Positions 36,236-47,288 of a stretch of DNA of 64,000 nt are shown here, piece by piece. The position numbers were made by a program, and so were the translations under genes. Source of the DNA: Corynebacterium casei (GTDB taxonomy: Bacteria > Actinomycetota > Actinomycetes > Mycobacteriales > Mycobacteriaceae); the NCBI GenBank assembly GCA_030535535.1, contig JAUNRU010000005.1, positions 164-64,163 of the forward strand. The letters run 5' to 3'. Within the stretch, counting starts at the first letter, position 1. Every line of letters begins with the position of its first letter. The notes under the pieces are model-generated. The model saw only the letters and a list, made by a program, of their open reading frames with translations, was not told the DNA's origin and did not search any database.

Positions 36236-37210
36236 ATGCTTGAGCGCTTGAAGAAGGTCGACCCCCTCATAGTCTTAATTATCTTGGCGGTTATCATCGC
36301 CATTATCGCCCCCGCCAGGGGAGAGTTCGCTGAAGTTTTTTCAGTTCTCGTCAAGATCGCCATCGCAGTCTTGTTCTTTCTATACGGCGCACGCCTTTCC
36401 ACGCAACAGGCACTGGATGGTTTGAAGCATTGGAGGCTTCACCTGACCATCTTGATGTTTACGTTCGTTCTGTATCCCATCGTCGGCCTCTTGCTGCGAC
36501 CGCTGACGCTGGTGATTTCAGAAGACATCTACTTGGGTATCTTGTTCCTGACGCTTGTGCCGTCAACTGTGCAGTCCTCTGTGGCGTTTACATCCATCGC
36601 ACGAGGAAACGTTGCGGGCGCTATTGTGTCGGCCTCAGCGTCGAATCTAGTGGGCGTATTCGCCACGCCAGTCTTAGTCATGCTGCTGATGACCAACACG
36701 GACGGTATCCATATTGACGCCTCGGTGTTTGGCGAGATCGCGCTGCAGCTGTTGGCGCCGTTTGTGTTGGGCCAGTTATTGCGCAGATGGATTAAGGACT
36801 TCGCCGCCAACAAAGCCACCAAAGTAGTAGACCGCGGCTCAATCGCCATGGTGGTCTACTCAGCCTTTTCTTCAGGCGTTGTTGCCGGCGTGTGGAGCCA
36901 AATCTCTGTCGGTGAAGTTATCTTCCTCTGCGTCTTCTCGGCAGTCCTGGTGTGTGTCATGCTTTTTCTCACCCGCGTTATCAGCAACAAGCTCGGCTTT
37001 AGCCGCGAAGACCGCATCGCCAGTGAGTTCTGCGGATCGAAGAAATCGCTTGCCACTGGTTTGCCGATGGCGTCTGTCATGTTCGCATCCGGTGGCACAC
37101 CGCTAGGACTTCTCATCTTGCCGTTGATGATTTACCACCAAGTTCAATTGATGATCTGCTCGTGGCTGGCAGCCCGCTACGGCAGAGAAGCTACCGAGCA
37201 GATGGCTTAG
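36236..37210 (+). CDS. Bile acid:sodium symporter family protein (SBF-like, YfeH)
   Basis: FFLYGARLS, PSTVQSSVAFTSIARGNV, FCGSKKSLATG, MIYHQVQL; TAAACT -10 lies 7 nt before ATG 36236. Confidence 0.9.
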   Translation: MLERLKKVDPLIVLIILAVIIAIIAPARGEFAEVFSVLVKIAIAVLFFLYGARLSTQQALDGLKHWRLHLTILMFTFVLYPIVGLLLRPLTLVISEDIYLGILFLTLVPSTVQSSVAFTSIARGNVAGAIVSASASNLVGVFATPVLVMLLMTNTDGIHIDASVFGEIALQLLAPFVLGQLLRRWIKDFAANKATKVVDRGSIAMVVYSAFSSGVVAGVWSQISVGEVIFLCVFSAVLVCVMLFLTRVISNKLGFSREDRIASEFCGSKKSLATGLPMASVMFASGGTPLGLLILPLMIYHQVQLMICSWLAARYGREATEQMA

Positions 37211-37225
37211 ATAGACTGTCAGACT

Positions 37226-37537
37226 ATGGAAACCATTCACTACGTACGCACCACTCTGGCCGTTCCAGGCGCAGGCATGGCCATCCACATCGCGGAGCTA
37301 AAAGAGCTCAATAGCCAAATGTGCGAGATGGTTCGTCTTATCGCCCTTGACCCCAACAACTCCATCGTGGGTGCAGCTACCGGTGATGCCCGCGAGGGCA
37401 ACATCGATATGCCAACCAAGCAGGTGCCACACCCATCGACTTATGACCAGTTCCCGGATATCGACGCCACTTATATCGAGCAGCAAGAGTTCGAAGGATT
37501 GTGGAGCGAAGCCCAAGCAATCTTCCCCAGCCTCTAA
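37226..37537 (+). CDS. Hypothetical protein
   Basis: 103-aa ORF with genome-typical codon usage, co-directional with upstream gene, followed by a terminator. Confidence 0.7.
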   Translation: METIHYVRTTLAVPGAGMAIHIAELKELNSQMCEMVRLIALDPNNSIVGAATGDAREGNIDMPTKQVPHPSTYDQFPDIDATYIEQQEFEGLWSEAQAIFPSL

Positions 37538-37543
37538 AGATCA

Positions 37544-37587
37544 AAATGCCTCTGCCGTGTTTCACGTGAAACATCGCAGAGGTATTT
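37544..37587. terminator. Bidirectional terminator hairpin containing parS
   Basis: AAATGCCTCTGC-[parS]-GCAGAGGTATTT between convergent genes. Confidence 0.65.
37558..37573. other. parS site (perfect consensus, intergenic)
   Basis: TGTTTCACGTGAAACA. Confidence 0.92.
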
Positions 37588-37598
37588 AGCGTTGTGGG

Positions 37599-37931
37599 CT
37601 AGAAGACCTGATTCACCAGGAGCATGTAAATGAGCGTGCCGCCGAGGATGGAAAGGCCGGTATCGCGACGCCACAGGTGAAGAAGCAGGGTTGCCGCCAC
37701 GGCGATTGCGACGGAGAGTGAGCCGCCAGGGGAGTCGAGCTGCCCGTACCAGGTGTAGACCACCAGGACGGTCATTACGCCGACTGGCATGGTGCGGCCG
37801 AGCACGGCCATGAACTCGCTGCCTTTGAGGTAGCGCAGCAAGCTGAAAGGAAGTGCGCGAAGGGCGACGGTCACAATGAAGAGCGGAATGATGACGGCCA
37901 GGATCATTCCCAGGGTTACGCCATTAGGCAT
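37599..37931 (-). CDS. Branched-chain amino acid exporter small subunit (AzlD/BrnE family)
   Basis: TVALRALPF, MPVGVMTVLVVY, LHLWRR...SILGGT; start ATG 37931 overlaps AzlC end. Confidence 0.85.
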   Translation of the reverse strand: MPNGVTLGMILAVIIPLFIVTVALRALPFSLLRYLKGSEFMAVLGRTMPVGVMTVLVVYTWYGQLDSPGGSLSVAIAVAATLLLHLWRRDTGLSILGGTLIYMLLVNQVF

Positions 37932-38637
37932 TCTTGGACCCCTTTCGCCATTCCATCTTCTCATCGATGCGCGGGGAGTAGAAGCGCAGCAAAAGCACGG
38001 CAAGGTACGCCGTGAGGGCGACCATCAGGATCTGATTAGGAAAGATGATCGCCGCGAGGATTCCAAGAACCGCTGCAGTGAGTGGCAGTGAAAAGTCTGG
38101 ATTGTTCTTAAAAGAGTCCACGGCCAGCACAACAAAGAGAGCGACAAGGGCGAACTCGAGACCCTTCAGATCGGAAGGAATGACCTGTCCTGCCAAAGCA
38201 CCGATGATGCCGCCGCCAACCCAAGCGGATTGGCAGAAGAGTTGAATCGCGATGATGCGTGGCCCGGATAGCTGGGCATCGCGCGGCATCGCGGAGACGA
38301 TCGCGTAAGACTCATCGGTAAGAGCGTAGGTCGAATATGCCTTGCCGATGGGTGACTCCACGCGATGGCGGGGAAAGGTAAGTCCGTAGAAAAGGTGGCG
38401 GAAGTTCACCATGAAACCGGTAATCACAGAGGCGGTGACGCTGGTGCCTTGAAGCACCATCGCGATGGCAAGAAACTCCATTGATCCGGCGTAAACGACG
38501 ATAGAAAAGATGGGAGTCCACCACCACGCGAACCCCGTTTGAACCATCAAGAGACCAAAAGCTAGTCCCAGGGGGATAAGCCCTAAGGCAACAGCCCAAG
38601 AATCCTTGATCCCCTTCTTTATTTCCTCAGCACGCAT
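37924..38637 (-). CDS. Branched-chain amino acid exporter large subunit (AzlC/BrnF family)
   Basis: YAGSMEF, VNFRHLFYG, LTDESYA, GLEFAL. Confidence 0.9.
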   Translation of the reverse strand: MRAEEIKKGIKDSWAVALGLIPLGLAFGLLMVQTGFAWWWTPIFSIVVYAGSMEFLAIAMVLQGTSVTASVITGFMVNFRHLFYGLTFPRHRVESPIGKAYSTYALTDESYAIVSAMPRDAQLSGPRIIAIQLFCQSAWVGGGIIGALAGQVIPSDLKGLEFALVALFVVLAVDSFKNNPDFSLPLTAAVLGILAAIIFPNQILMVALTAYLAVLLLRFYSPRIDEKMEWRKGSKNA

Positions 38638-38774
38638 AGCCGATACCTTATCAGTCCGAAACTAATTCAGGGCGCTGAGTTTGCACCGAGCAATTTGGGC
38701 GCTGACATGCAAAGACGCCGCCCGGAAATGGCTACCGTGGTGGCGTCGATAAGCAATACTTTAAATACCCATAC

Positions 38775-39374
38775 CTAGTTCACATCGAGGTCTTCGGGAA
38801 ACGTGGCATAGAGCGGTAGCGGCATGTCCTGGCGGCGCATGACATCACCCCACAAATCAGCGGGCCCAGCGGCGATGACGTCCTGCGGAAGAGCCGGGGT
38901 GACAAACCAGTCGCCGCGCTCAATTTCATCATTGAGCTGACCTGGGCCCCATTCGGCGTAGCCTGCGAACAGGCGCACGCCGTCAACATAGTTATTGAGG
39001 TCCTCTGGATCGGCGCGCATGTCCACGTGCGCCAGGCGCGGTGCAAGCCGGTTGAGTTGCGGGTGCGCCTCAATGTCCACGCCCGTCTTGGTCATGGCCA
39101 AACCCACGACGGACTGTTGGTTGAGCGGGCCGCCGATGTAGAGCGCCTGAGGCTTGGCGATGACTGGCAGCCAGTCCGGCAGCACGTTGAATACAGCGAC
39201 TTCACTGCGCGAGGTCAAAACCACACCGAAGCTCATGCTGTCAGTGTGTTCAATGACCAGCACGACGGTGCGGTTAAAGTGCGGTGAAATCGTGCCCGGG
39301 GCAGAGACAAGCAGCTGTCCTGGTCCGGGTTCGTTGCGCTCTAAGGCGTTGAATAATCTATCGGCGTACATCAC
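38775..39374 (-). CDS. YqgE/AlgH family protein
   Basis: FNRTVV, GGP, RLFAGYAEWGPGQL..EI..GDW. Confidence 0.9.
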   Translation of the reverse strand: MMYADRLFNALERNEPGPGQLLVSAPGTISPHFNRTVVLVIEHTDSMSFGVVLTSRSEVAVFNVLPDWLPVIAKPQALYIGGPLNQQSVVGLAMTKTGVDIEAHPQLNRLAPRLAHVDMRADPEDLNNYVDGVRLFAGYAEWGPGQLNDEIERGDWFVTPALPQDVIAAGPADLWGDVMRRQDMPLPLYATFPEDLDVN

Positions 39375-40807
39375 TGTCTAGACTCCCACCACTCGCGCAA
39401 CTTCGCAATAGCAACGTCCCGTTCCAGCGGTCCGTGCTCAAGTCGCAGTTCCTTCATAAATGCCCAGGCTTGACCAACTTCTGGTCCTGGCTTGAGATCC
39501 AAGATCTGCATGATCTCATTGCCATCCAAGTCAGGGCGCACCGCAGCGATGCCTTCCTTCTCTTGAATCTCAGCAATGCGCTCTTCGAGATGATCATAGG
39601 TGCGCTGCAGGCGACGCGCCTTGCGTTCATTACGCGTGGTGCAGTCTGCTCGCACCAGCTTGTGCAGGCGCGGCAACAGATCGCCGGCGTCATTGACGTA
39701 GCGGCGAACGGCGGAGTCAGTCCATTGACCTTCACCGAAGCCGTGGAAACGCATGTGCAGACGAACCAGTTCGGAGATCTCCTGCGTGGTTGACTTTGGG
39801 TACTTCAGCTGGCGCATGCGGCGGCGTGCAAGCTTCGCACCGACAATTTCGTGCTGGTGGAAGCTGACCTTGCCATCAGTCACGTCGCGAGTGTCAGGCT
39901 TGCCGATGTCATGCAGCAGCGCCGCCCACCGCAGCACCAGGTCAGGGCCGTCTTCTTCTTGTTCCATCGCCTGGCGCAAAACCGTCAGGGAGTGCGCGTA
40001 GACATCCTTGTGCTGCGCGTGCTCATCCGGTGCCATGGACATCGCTGGGATCTCGGGGAACACCAGTTGGGCCAGGCCAGTGTTGACCAACAGGTCAATG
40101 CCATCCCACGGTGCGGTACCTAGGATCAGCTTGTCCAACTCCACCTGGATGCGCTCAACCGTGATGCGGCGAATCTCTTCTGCCATATCGGTCATGGCAT
40201 TAAGCACGCGCTCGGAGACCCCAAATTCAAGTTGGGAGACAAAACGCGCGGCGCGCAGCATGCGCAGCGGATCATCGCGGAAAGAAATCTCCGGTGCGGC
40301 TGGCGTATCCATGATGCGCGCTTGCAAGTCCTTCAGACCTTCCATGGGGTCATGGAACTGCCTGGTGCCATCGGCACGCAATTCAATCGCCATGGCGTTG
40401 ACTTTGAAATCGCGGCGCACCAAGTCATCTTCCAAGGTGTCACCAAACGTGACCTCAGGGTTGCGGCTATCACCGTCATACAGATCCGCGCGGAACGTGG
40501 TGATTTCAATCTGCTGACCTTTATAAACAGCAGAAACCGTACCGAATTCAATCCCGGTGTCCCAGGTTTTTTCCGCCCAGGAATCTAGAATCTTATGCAC
40601 TACCTGCGGGCGGGCATCGGTGGTGAAATCCAAGTCATTGCCCAAACGGCCCAAAATAGCGTCACGCACGGAACCACCCACCAAATAAAGGGAGTGTTCG
40701 CGACGGGCAAACTCAGAAATCAGCCCGGATAAAAGATCACTTAAGCCTGCAACGGTCGTGTCTGCGCGGGCGAGTAAGCCCATTAGCTGAGTGTCCTGTA
40801 AATCCAC
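39371..40807 (-). CDS. cca: CCA tRNA nucleotidyltransferase (HD domain)
   Basis: VGGSVRD, DLDFTT, RRDF, DDPLRMLRAARF, LLHDIGK; GTG 40807 follows a TAGACT -10. Confidence 0.92.
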   Translation of the reverse strand: MDLQDTQLMGLLARADTTVAGLSDLLSGLISEFARREHSLYLVGGSVRDAILGRLGNDLDFTTDARPQVVHKILDSWAEKTWDTGIEFGTVSAVYKGQQIEITTFRADLYDGDSRNPEVTFGDTLEDDLVRRDFKVNAMAIELRADGTRQFHDPMEGLKDLQARIMDTPAAPEISFRDDPLRMLRAARFVSQLEFGVSERVLNAMTDMAEEIRRITVERIQVELDKLILGTAPWDGIDLLVNTGLAQLVFPEIPAMSMAPDEHAQHKDVYAHSLTVLRQAMEQEEDGPDLVLRWAALLHDIGKPDTRDVTDGKVSFHQHEIVGAKLARRRMRQLKYPKSTTQEISELVRLHMRFHGFGEGQWTDSAVRRYVNDAGDLLPRLHKLVRADCTTRNERKARRLQRTYDHLEERIAEIQEKEGIAAVRPDLDGNEIMQILDLKPGPEVGQAWAFMKELRLEHGPLERDVAIAKLREWWESRQ

Positions 40808-40835
40808 GTGTAGGAGTCTACTACGATAAGCAGGG
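40808..40835. promoter_or_regulatory. Back-to-back leaderless promoters for cca and NUDIX operon
   Basis: TAGACT (minus strand, 40815-40820) 7 nt before GTG 40807; TACGAT (40822-40827) 8 nt before ATG 40836. Confidence 0.5.
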
Positions 40836-41420
40836 ATGACTAACCACGCTAACCGGAAGCGGCGCAAACGCCGCCCAGCGCAAAGGCCGCAACGCCAGCA
40901 GCGCTCGACGAACAAAATGGTAACCCGCGATGAAACCTCAGCGGGTGGCTTGGTTGTGTCCGGATTAGCCGAGGCAGTGGGCGAAGACGGGGAAGTGGAT
41001 CTGACCCGTATCTATGTGGCGCTCATCGGAAGGCTTGATCGCCGTGGCCGTCTGCTGTGGTCGATGCCGAAGGGCCATGTTGAAAACGGCGAGCCCAAGG
41101 ATCTGACCGCGCAGCGTGAGGTGTGGGAAGAAACTGGTATCCACGGTGAGGTGTTCTCCGAGCTGGGTGTTATTGACTACTGGTTCGTTTCTGATGGCGT
41201 GCGTATTCACAAGACTGTCCATCATTTCTTGCTGCGTTTTGTGGATGGCATTTTGAATGATGAAGATCCAGAGGTTACGGAAGTGTCCTGGATTCCAGTG
41301 GCCACGTTGATTGAGCATTTGGCGTATGCGGATGAGCGCAAGCTGGCGCGTATTGCCCATGATCAGCTTCCCGATCTCGCACGAAAGGAAGCCGCGGCAG
41401 GAAAGGCAACCCCGCGGTGA
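40836..41420 (+). CDS. NUDIX hydrolase
   Basis: Nudix box KGHVENGE...[10 protein letters not shown]; conserved position between cca and murJ. Confidence 0.92.
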   Translation: MTNHANRKRRKRRPAQRPQRQQRSTNKMVTRDETSAGGLVVSGLAEAVGEDGEVDLTRIYVALIGRLDRRGRLLWSMPKGHVENGEPKDLTAQREVWEETGIHGEVFSELGVIDYWFVSDGVRIHKTVHHFLLRFVDGILNDEDPEVTEVSWIPVATLIEHLAYADERKLARIAHDQLPDLARKEAAAGKATPR

Positions 41421-43699
41421 CATTTAAGCAGTCCGCGTGGCGGCCCCGGATGATGCGCACGGCAAGTATTACTGCCGCCGCAGCGCTCACGGTACCGCTA
41501 GCTTTTGGCGCGCACTCCGCGATGACTCCCGCCGCGCAGGCCCAGGAGGCAGTAGCGCAAGAAGCAACGGCGCAAGAAGCATCCGCGCAGGAGGCAGAGA
41601 AAGCCCAGCATCCTGGTTGGGAGGGCAATTCCAGCCGCCGCACCGATCGCGTGGGCTTTGAGCTGACTGGTAATCCGGGCAGCGTGAGCGTGAATGATCG
41701 CTTCAATGTTGGTGTGAATATCACCAATAATGCCGAAAACTCGATTGAGAATGTGCAGGTCACGGCACGTCGCGGCGTTGAGGTGACGGATGCGGAACAG
41801 GCGCAGCAGCAGCTTGCTCATGGGGATTTTCCTTTTTATGGCGCGACGTTGTTCCCGGATTCTTTGGCGCCAGGGGAGGAGACCAGCGGGGATATTGATA
41901 TCGCCACGAGTTTGGAAGATCCGGCGACGTTGGCGATTGATAGGCCGGGGGTTTATCCCATCATGTTGTCGCTGACGGGCACGGTCAATGGGGAGCCGGT
42001 TGCTCTTGCCGATGACCGCTTTTTGCTCACCGTCACCGAGGCCGATGGCCGGATGCCGGAAGATAGTGGGGCGGCAACGCCGTCGACGTTGATTTATCCG
42101 ATCACCGCGCAGACCAATATTGCCCCGGGTGAGGTGGGGGATAACCCGCTGGTGCTCAGTGATGAGTCGTTGGCAGAGCAGCTTGCTGATGGCGGCCGTT
42201 TGGACCGCCTCTTAGAGGTATACGAGGACCATAACCTGGGCGAGGGCGCATGCGTGGCGATGGATCCGGCGTTGTTGGACACCGTGGATCGCATGAGCGC
42301 GGGTTATAACGTGGCGGCGGAGCACCCGCCGATTGTGAAGGAGCGCAAGCGCCTGCGTGATTCCTGGTTCCGCGGCAATGATTATGACTCGGGCGTGCCC
42401 GGCACAGGTGCTGAGGATGCCGAGCGTTGGGTGGAGCGGGTTTCTGATCTGGACTGCATCATCGCGATGCCGTGGGCTAATAATGATCCGAATGCGGTGG
42501 CGCGCGTGAACAACAATTGGCTCGAGGTGGAGGCGATTGAGCGTGGTGCGGAAACCATCCGCAGCATCACGGGCAAAGAGGTTGCCTCTGACATTGTGGT
42601 GCCGGCTTCGGGCTACTCCGATCAGACATCGGACTCGGAGCTGCCATTGCTCTTGGCGGATAACACCGGGTGGGAAGGCAATGCCGCGACTTTCGATGCC
42701 AATCAGGCAGCGCTGCTTGCCCAAACCGGCGGCAAGCCACAAACCACGGCCTATACCGATCCGTGGCTGCGCTATGACTTCACCACCGATTCCGTGCATG
42801 CCCGCGATCTCACCGCCGCCGCCGCAGTTTTCCTATCCAACGCCTCCAACGACGCTGAAGACAGCCCGAATGTGATAAAGCTGCCGAACTATCTGGAGCC
42901 ATCGACAGCCGAGGCTGTGTTGGATGCGGTGGATAAGTTGCCGCTGCTGCGCCCGATCGCGGACGTGGAATTGGAATCCACCGATCAAGCCCCAGGGTTG
43001 CCGGTGGATAATACGGGCGAGCAGCGCCTGTCTGATCCGGCGGCGTTTACGGACCCGGAGGTCCAGCGCATCGCGCAGCAGGCGCGCTATACGGATGAGC
43101 TGACGTTGATGATGGAAAACAGTGAAGACATCGCCATGACGCGTTATGGTTTCACGCTTCCGCTGCGCCGGGATCTGTTGGCCGCATTGTCAATGACAGA
43201 CCGAGTGTCTTTGCATAGCCACGATGAGGCGGCCGCAACCGCGAATCGTCGCCTGGAAGAAGATAACGTGGTGCTTCGCACTCTGCGTGATGCAGTGAGC
43301 TTGATCCCACCGGGCAATGTGTACACGCGCACCTCAGATGCCTCACCGCTGCTGGTCGTGGCAGAAAACTCGCTGCCTTTGCCGGTGCGTGCGCAGTTGG
43401 AATATGACAGCATCGACGCTGTTCGGCTGAACACGTCTGATGACATTGTTATTCCAGCCGAGGGTTCGATTACGGTGTCACTAACTGCTTCCATGCCCGA
43501 GAGGCAGGAGCGAACGAATATTTCCATGTGGCTTGCCACCGAAGACGGCGCGACAATATCCGAGCCTGTCAACATCGCTGTGCAGACTCGAGGCGGTATC
43601 GTAAACATCTATGGCGCAGCCATCGCTGCTGCATTAGTCTTTGTCTTCGCTTTGGTGGTGAGGACTAGTCGGAAGAAGAAACGTGGACGACAAACCTAA
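41417..43699 (+). CDS. Conserved secreted/membrane-anchored protein (Rv3909/DUF6049-like)
   Basis: Signal peptide, [18 protein letters not shown] motifs, C-terminal TM and basic tail; synteny NUDIX-X-murJ. Confidence 0.8.
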   Translation: MTFKQSAWRPRMMRTASITAAAALTVPLAFGAHSAMTPAAQAQEAVAQEATAQEASAQEAEKAQHPGWEGNSSRRTDRVGFELTGNPGSVSVNDRFNVGVNITNNAENSIENVQVTARRGVEVTDAEQAQQQLAHGDFPFYGATLFPDSLAPGEETSGDIDIATSLEDPATLAIDRPGVYPIMLSLTGTVNGEPVALADDRFLLTVTEADGRMPEDSGAATPSTLIYPITAQTNIAPGEVGDNPLVLSDESLAEQLADGGRLDRLLEVYEDHNLGEGACVAMDPALLDTVDRMSAGYNVAAEHPPIVKERKRLRDSWFRGNDYDSGVPGTGAEDAERWVERVSDLDCIIAMPWANNDPNAVARVNNNWLEVEAIERGAETIRSITGKEVASDIVVPASGYSDQTSDSELPLLLADNTGWEGNAATFDANQAALLAQTGGKPQTTAYTDPWLRYDFTTDSVHARDLTAAAAVFLSNASNDAEDSPNVIKLPNYLEPSTAEAVLDAVDKLPLLRPIADVELESTDQAPGLPVDNTGEQRLSDPAAFTDPEVQRIAQQARYTDELTLMMENSEDIAMTRYGFTLPLRRDLLAALSMTDRVSLHSHDEAAATANRRLEEDNVVLRTLRDAVSLIPPGNVYTRTSDASPLLVVAENSLPLPVRAQLEYDSIDAVRLNTSDDIVIPAEGSITVSLTASMPERQERTNISMWLATEDGATISEPVNIAVQTRGGIVNIYGAAIAAALVFVFALVVRTSRKKKRGRQT
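41540..41599 (+). repeat. 15-bp coding tandem repeat x4 (AQEAx)
   Basis: GCCCAGGAGGCAGTA GCGCAAGAAGCAACG GCGCAAGAAGCATCC GCGCAGGAGGCAGAG. Confidence 0.7.
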
Positions 43700-46600
43700 A
43701 TCTCTGAGCTCGACGGAGAAGCAGGATCAACCTGTTTCTCCGTCGAATCCTGTCAGCCCTTCTCTGAACGAGGAGCAGGCCGCCGCCACTGCGGCAGCGG
43801 CTGCTGATTTGCCAGCCCTCAACGGCCAGCTCGACAGCCGGCCTATCTCCCGGCCCGAGGTTGTACCTGAACCCGGCCTTGAGGATGCTTCTCAGGCGGA
43901 GCAGGAAGCATCGGAAAGTGATGCTTCCAACGGCGCCGAATCTGGTGCTGGCTCTGTGGGCTTGCGCCAGCGCATTGTGAAACCTTCTCCGCCGGCGCCT
44001 GTGCCCGAGCTGAAGAAGCCTGCCCCGGTGCCACCGGCGGTGGATGACAAGTCCACGCTGAAGTCAGTGCAGGCAGAGAATGCCAGCGACCGCGACGTTG
44101 TGCGCGCGACTGGTTCCATGGCTGTGGCGACGTTGCTCTCGCGCATCACGGGCTTTATCCGCAACGTGCTGATCGGCTCCTCTTTGGGTGCGGCCATCGC
44201 GTCGGCGTTTACTACGGCGAACCAGCTGCCGAACCTGATTACGGAAATCGTACTCGGTGCCGTGCTGACCTCCCTGGTGGTGCCGGTGCTTGTCCGCGCG
44301 GAGAAGGAAGATGCCGACCACGGCGAAGCCTTCGTGCGAAGACTGTTCACCCTGGCAGTGACCCTGCTGGGTGGTATTACATTACTGTCTATTATTTTCG
44401 CGCCGCAGCTAACGGAGATGATGCTGCCCGAAACGGGCCGGGTCAACACCACGCAGGCAACCAGTTTTGCCTATCTGCTGCTGCCGCAAATCTTCTTCTA
44501 CGGCCTGTTCGCGCTGTTCCAAGCGGTGCTCAATACCAAGCACATCTTCGGGCCTGCCGCCTGGGCGCCGGTGGTCAACAACATCATTTCCATCGCGGTG
44601 TTGCTGGCTTACCAGTTCGTGCCCGGCCAGCTTCACCCGTCGGAGCCCTCCCCGGTCATGGACCCTCACGTGCTGTTGCTCGGTGTGGGCACCACCATCG
44701 GTGTGGTCTTGCAGTGCGCCATCCTGCTGCCGTTTATTAAGAAGGCCGGCATTAACCTCAAGCCACTGTGGGGCGTGGATGCGCGTCTGAAGCAGTTCGG
44801 CAGCATGGCCGTGGCCATTGTCGCCTACGTGGCTATCTCGCAGTTCGGCTACGTTGTCACCTCGCGTATTGGTGCTTTGGCGGATGAAGCCGCACCATTT
44901 ACGTACCAGCAGGCGTGGCTGTTGCTGCAGGTGCCTTATGGCATCATCGGCGTCACGCTGCTGACCGCGATTATGCCGCGCCTGTCGCGCAATGCCGCAG
45001 ACGGCGATGACAAGGCCGTGGTCCGTGACCTGACATTGGGCACCAAGCTGACGTTTATTGCACTGATTCCAATCGTCATTTTCATGACCGCTTTCGGTGT
45101 TCCGATTGCGCGTGGTTTGTTCCAGTACAACGAGTTCTCTGCAGAAAACGCTGAGCTGCTCGGCCTAACGCTGTCCTTCTCCGCGTTCACGCTGATTCCT
45201 TATGCTCTGGTGCTGCTGCACCTTCGTGTGTTCTACGCGCGTGAAGAGGCCTGGATTCCTACCTACATCATCGCCGGCACCATCTTCACCAAGGTTGTGC
45301 TGACCATGCTGTCGCCGTTCGTTGCGGGCTCGCCGGAACGCGTGGTTATTTTGCTCGCGGCCTCCAACGGTTTCGGCTTTATCGCTGGTGCCGTTATTGG
45401 TGCTTTCTTGCTGCGCCGCAAGCTGGGCAACCTCGGCGGTAAGGAAGTTATGGCCACCACCTACTGGGCAGTGGGCGCTTCCGTAGTTGGTCTGATCCCA
45501 GCGGCATTGCTGATGTGGGTCATGAACATGCTGCTGCCAGATCCTGCACCAACCGTGGCTTATTTGGTCATGATTGCTATCACCGGCGTGGTATTCGTTA
45601 TCGTCACCGGGCTGGTGCTGGGCCGCTCCAACCTGCCCGAGGTGGTCAACCTTGGCCGCGCGCTGCAGCGTATTCCTGGTGTCAGCCGCCTTATCCGCGT
45701 GCGTACCGAAGACGGCATCAATGTCGAAGAGCCAGAGGTGGCAGAAATCCAGCCGATCTACGGCCTGGATGCGTTCAACTCTTCACCAGTTCCACCGCCG
45801 ATGTCTGCTGGTATTGTCCGCGGACCGCGCTTGGTTCCAGGCGCACCAGTGTCTGATGGTCGTTTCCGTCTGTTGCGTGACTGCGGTTCCGTGCCGGGTG
45901 CGCGCTTCTGGCAGGCCCGTGAGCAAGACACTGGCCGCACCGTGGCGTTGACGTTCGTGGACACTACTTCCCAGGCACCGCTAGCACCCGCCCCACCGGC
46001 TGAGGCTGCACGTCGTTCGGCGCTGGTTTCCCGCAACACCCGTAAGCTCGCGGAGCTCAACTTGGACACCATGCCAACCGGCGTGGAGATCCTGGGCTAT
46101 CGCTCCGGTTGCTTGGTTGTGGCTGACTGGGTGGAGGGCTCCGACCTTGCCACCGTGGCCGAATCCGGCAGCCTGGATCCGCATGCCGTGGCTCGCGCGC
46201 TGGCGCCGCTGATGGAAGATTCCACCACCGCGCACGCCAAGGGCTTGGCCGTGGGTATTGATAACCGTTCACGCATCCGCATTTCCACCGATGGCGTTGC
46301 GGTGTTGGCCTTCCCGGCGGTGCTCAATGAGGCCACGGAAGAGACCGACCGCAAGTCACTGTCTTCAGCGCTTCGCTTGCTTGTCGATGCCACCTTGCCA
46401 ACCCCACAAGTCCTTGAAGAACTAGCGGCTAAGGATTCTGACAACTCCCTCGAAGAAATGGCCGCGGGCCTTCGCGCATACGCGCCGCTGGAGACCGATG
46501 AGGAAGAAGAGCAGGAGCCAATTGAGGCGTTGCCTGTCACCGAAGAGCCATTGGCACGCGATGACATTCCTGAGGAAACCACGGGCTTCGGCGCCCGGAG

Positions 46601-47234
46601 TTACTCCAGTTCTTCCGCCATCATCATTGGTGTCTCCGTCATCTTGTTCGTGGTTCTCATGGCTGCGTTGACCACCTGGGTAACCTCACTGATTGGGCAG
46701 GATTCGACGGCCAATCCAGTAGCCACAGGTTCGCAGGAAAGCACCACCGCTGAGGCTCCGACGCTGGCGACTGCACCGCCGGTAATGTTGCCAATGAAGT
46801 CCGCAATCGAGGTTCCTTCCGGCAAGATTGTGCCGGAGGCTGTCGATGAAGACCGTGACACCGAGTGGACCGCCGATGAGACCGGCGTGGGCATTGTTGT
46901 CACTTCTGAGAACTCCGCGCAGCTGCGCGATGTGCTCATCTCTCACGAGGGCTCCAACGGCGCTGAAGTCATCATCTATGGCGCCAACGCTGCCGACTTC
47001 GTGGCTGCTGAATTCAAGGCTGAAGATCTCACCCGCCTCGGCGGCGGCACACTCGCCCGCGGCCGCACTGGCATCGACTTGGAAGAAGACCCAACCTCTT
47101 TTGACTCCGTCATTGTCTGGGTCAAAGAACTTCCAAACAGCGATGAAATCAACCTCACCGAAGTCCAGCTGACCGGCGTCATCACGGGACCTGCGTCCAC
47201 CGGTAACCCGGAAGAAGCCATCAGCGAGGAATAG
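43683..47234 (+). CDS. murJ: Lipid II flippase MurJ/MviN with pseudokinase and extracellular domains
   Basis: ATLLSRITGFIR, ANQLPN, QVPYGIIGV; cytoplasmic kinase-homology region (DGRFRLL), extra TM and C-terminal domain. Confidence 0.93.
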   Translation: MDDKPKSLSSTEKQDQPVSPSNPVSPSLNEEQAAATAAAAADLPALNGQLDSRPISRPEVVPEPGLEDASQAEQEASESDASNGAESGAGSVGLRQRIVKPSPPAPVPELKKPAPVPPAVDDKSTLKSVQAENASDRDVVRATGSMAVATLLSRITGFIRNVLIGSSLGAAIASAFTTANQLPNLITEIVLGAVLTSLVVPVLVRAEKEDADHGEAFVRRLFTLAVTLLGGITLLSIIFAPQLTEMMLPETGRVNTTQATSFAYLLLPQIFFYGLFALFQAVLNTKHIFGPAAWAPVVNNIISIAVLLAYQFVPGQLHPSEPSPVMDPHVLLLGVGTTIGVVLQCAILLPFIKKAGINLKPLWGVDARLKQFGSMAVAIVAYVAISQFGYVVTSRIGALADEAAPFTYQQAWLLLQVPYGIIGVTLLTAIMPRLSRNAADGDDKAVVRDLTLGTKLTFIALIPIVIFMTAFGVPIARGLFQYNEFSAENAELLGLTLSFSAFTLIPYALVLLHLRVFYAREEAWIPTYIIAGTIFTKVVLTMLSPFVAGSPERVVILLAASNGFGFIAGAVIGAFLLRRKLGNLGGKEVMATTYWAVGASVVGLIPAALLMWVMNMLLPDPAPTVAYLVMIAITGVVFVIVTGLVLGRSNLPEVVNLGRALQRIPGVSRLIRVRTEDGINVEEPEVAEIQPIYGLDAFNSSPVPPPMSAGIVRGPRLVPGAPVSDGRFRLLRDCGSVPGARFWQAREQDTGRTVALTFVDTTSQAPLAPAPPAEAARRSALVSRNTRKLAELNLDTMPTGVEILGYRSGCLVVADWVEGSDLATVAESGSLDPHAVARALAPLMEDSTTAHAKGLAVGIDNRSRIRISTDGVAVLAFPAVLNEATEETDRKSLSSALRLLVDATLPTPQVLEELAAKDSDNSLEEMAAGLRAYAPLETDEEEEQEPIEALPVTEEPLARDDIPEETTGFGARSYSSSSAIIIGVSVILFVVLMAALTTWVTSLIGQDSTANPVATGSQESTTAEAPTLATAPPVMLPMKSAIEVPSGKIVPEAVDEDRDTEWTADETGVGIVVTSENSAQLRDVLISHEGSNGAEVIIYGANAADFVAAEFKAEDLTRLGGGTLARGRTGIDLEEDPTSFDSVIVWVKELPNSDEINLTEVQLTGVITGPASTGNPEEAISEE

Positions 47235-47288
47235 TACGACCCAAGGCGCAGACTAAAAGGTGAGGTGCGGTGACAGTTTTGGGACTAG

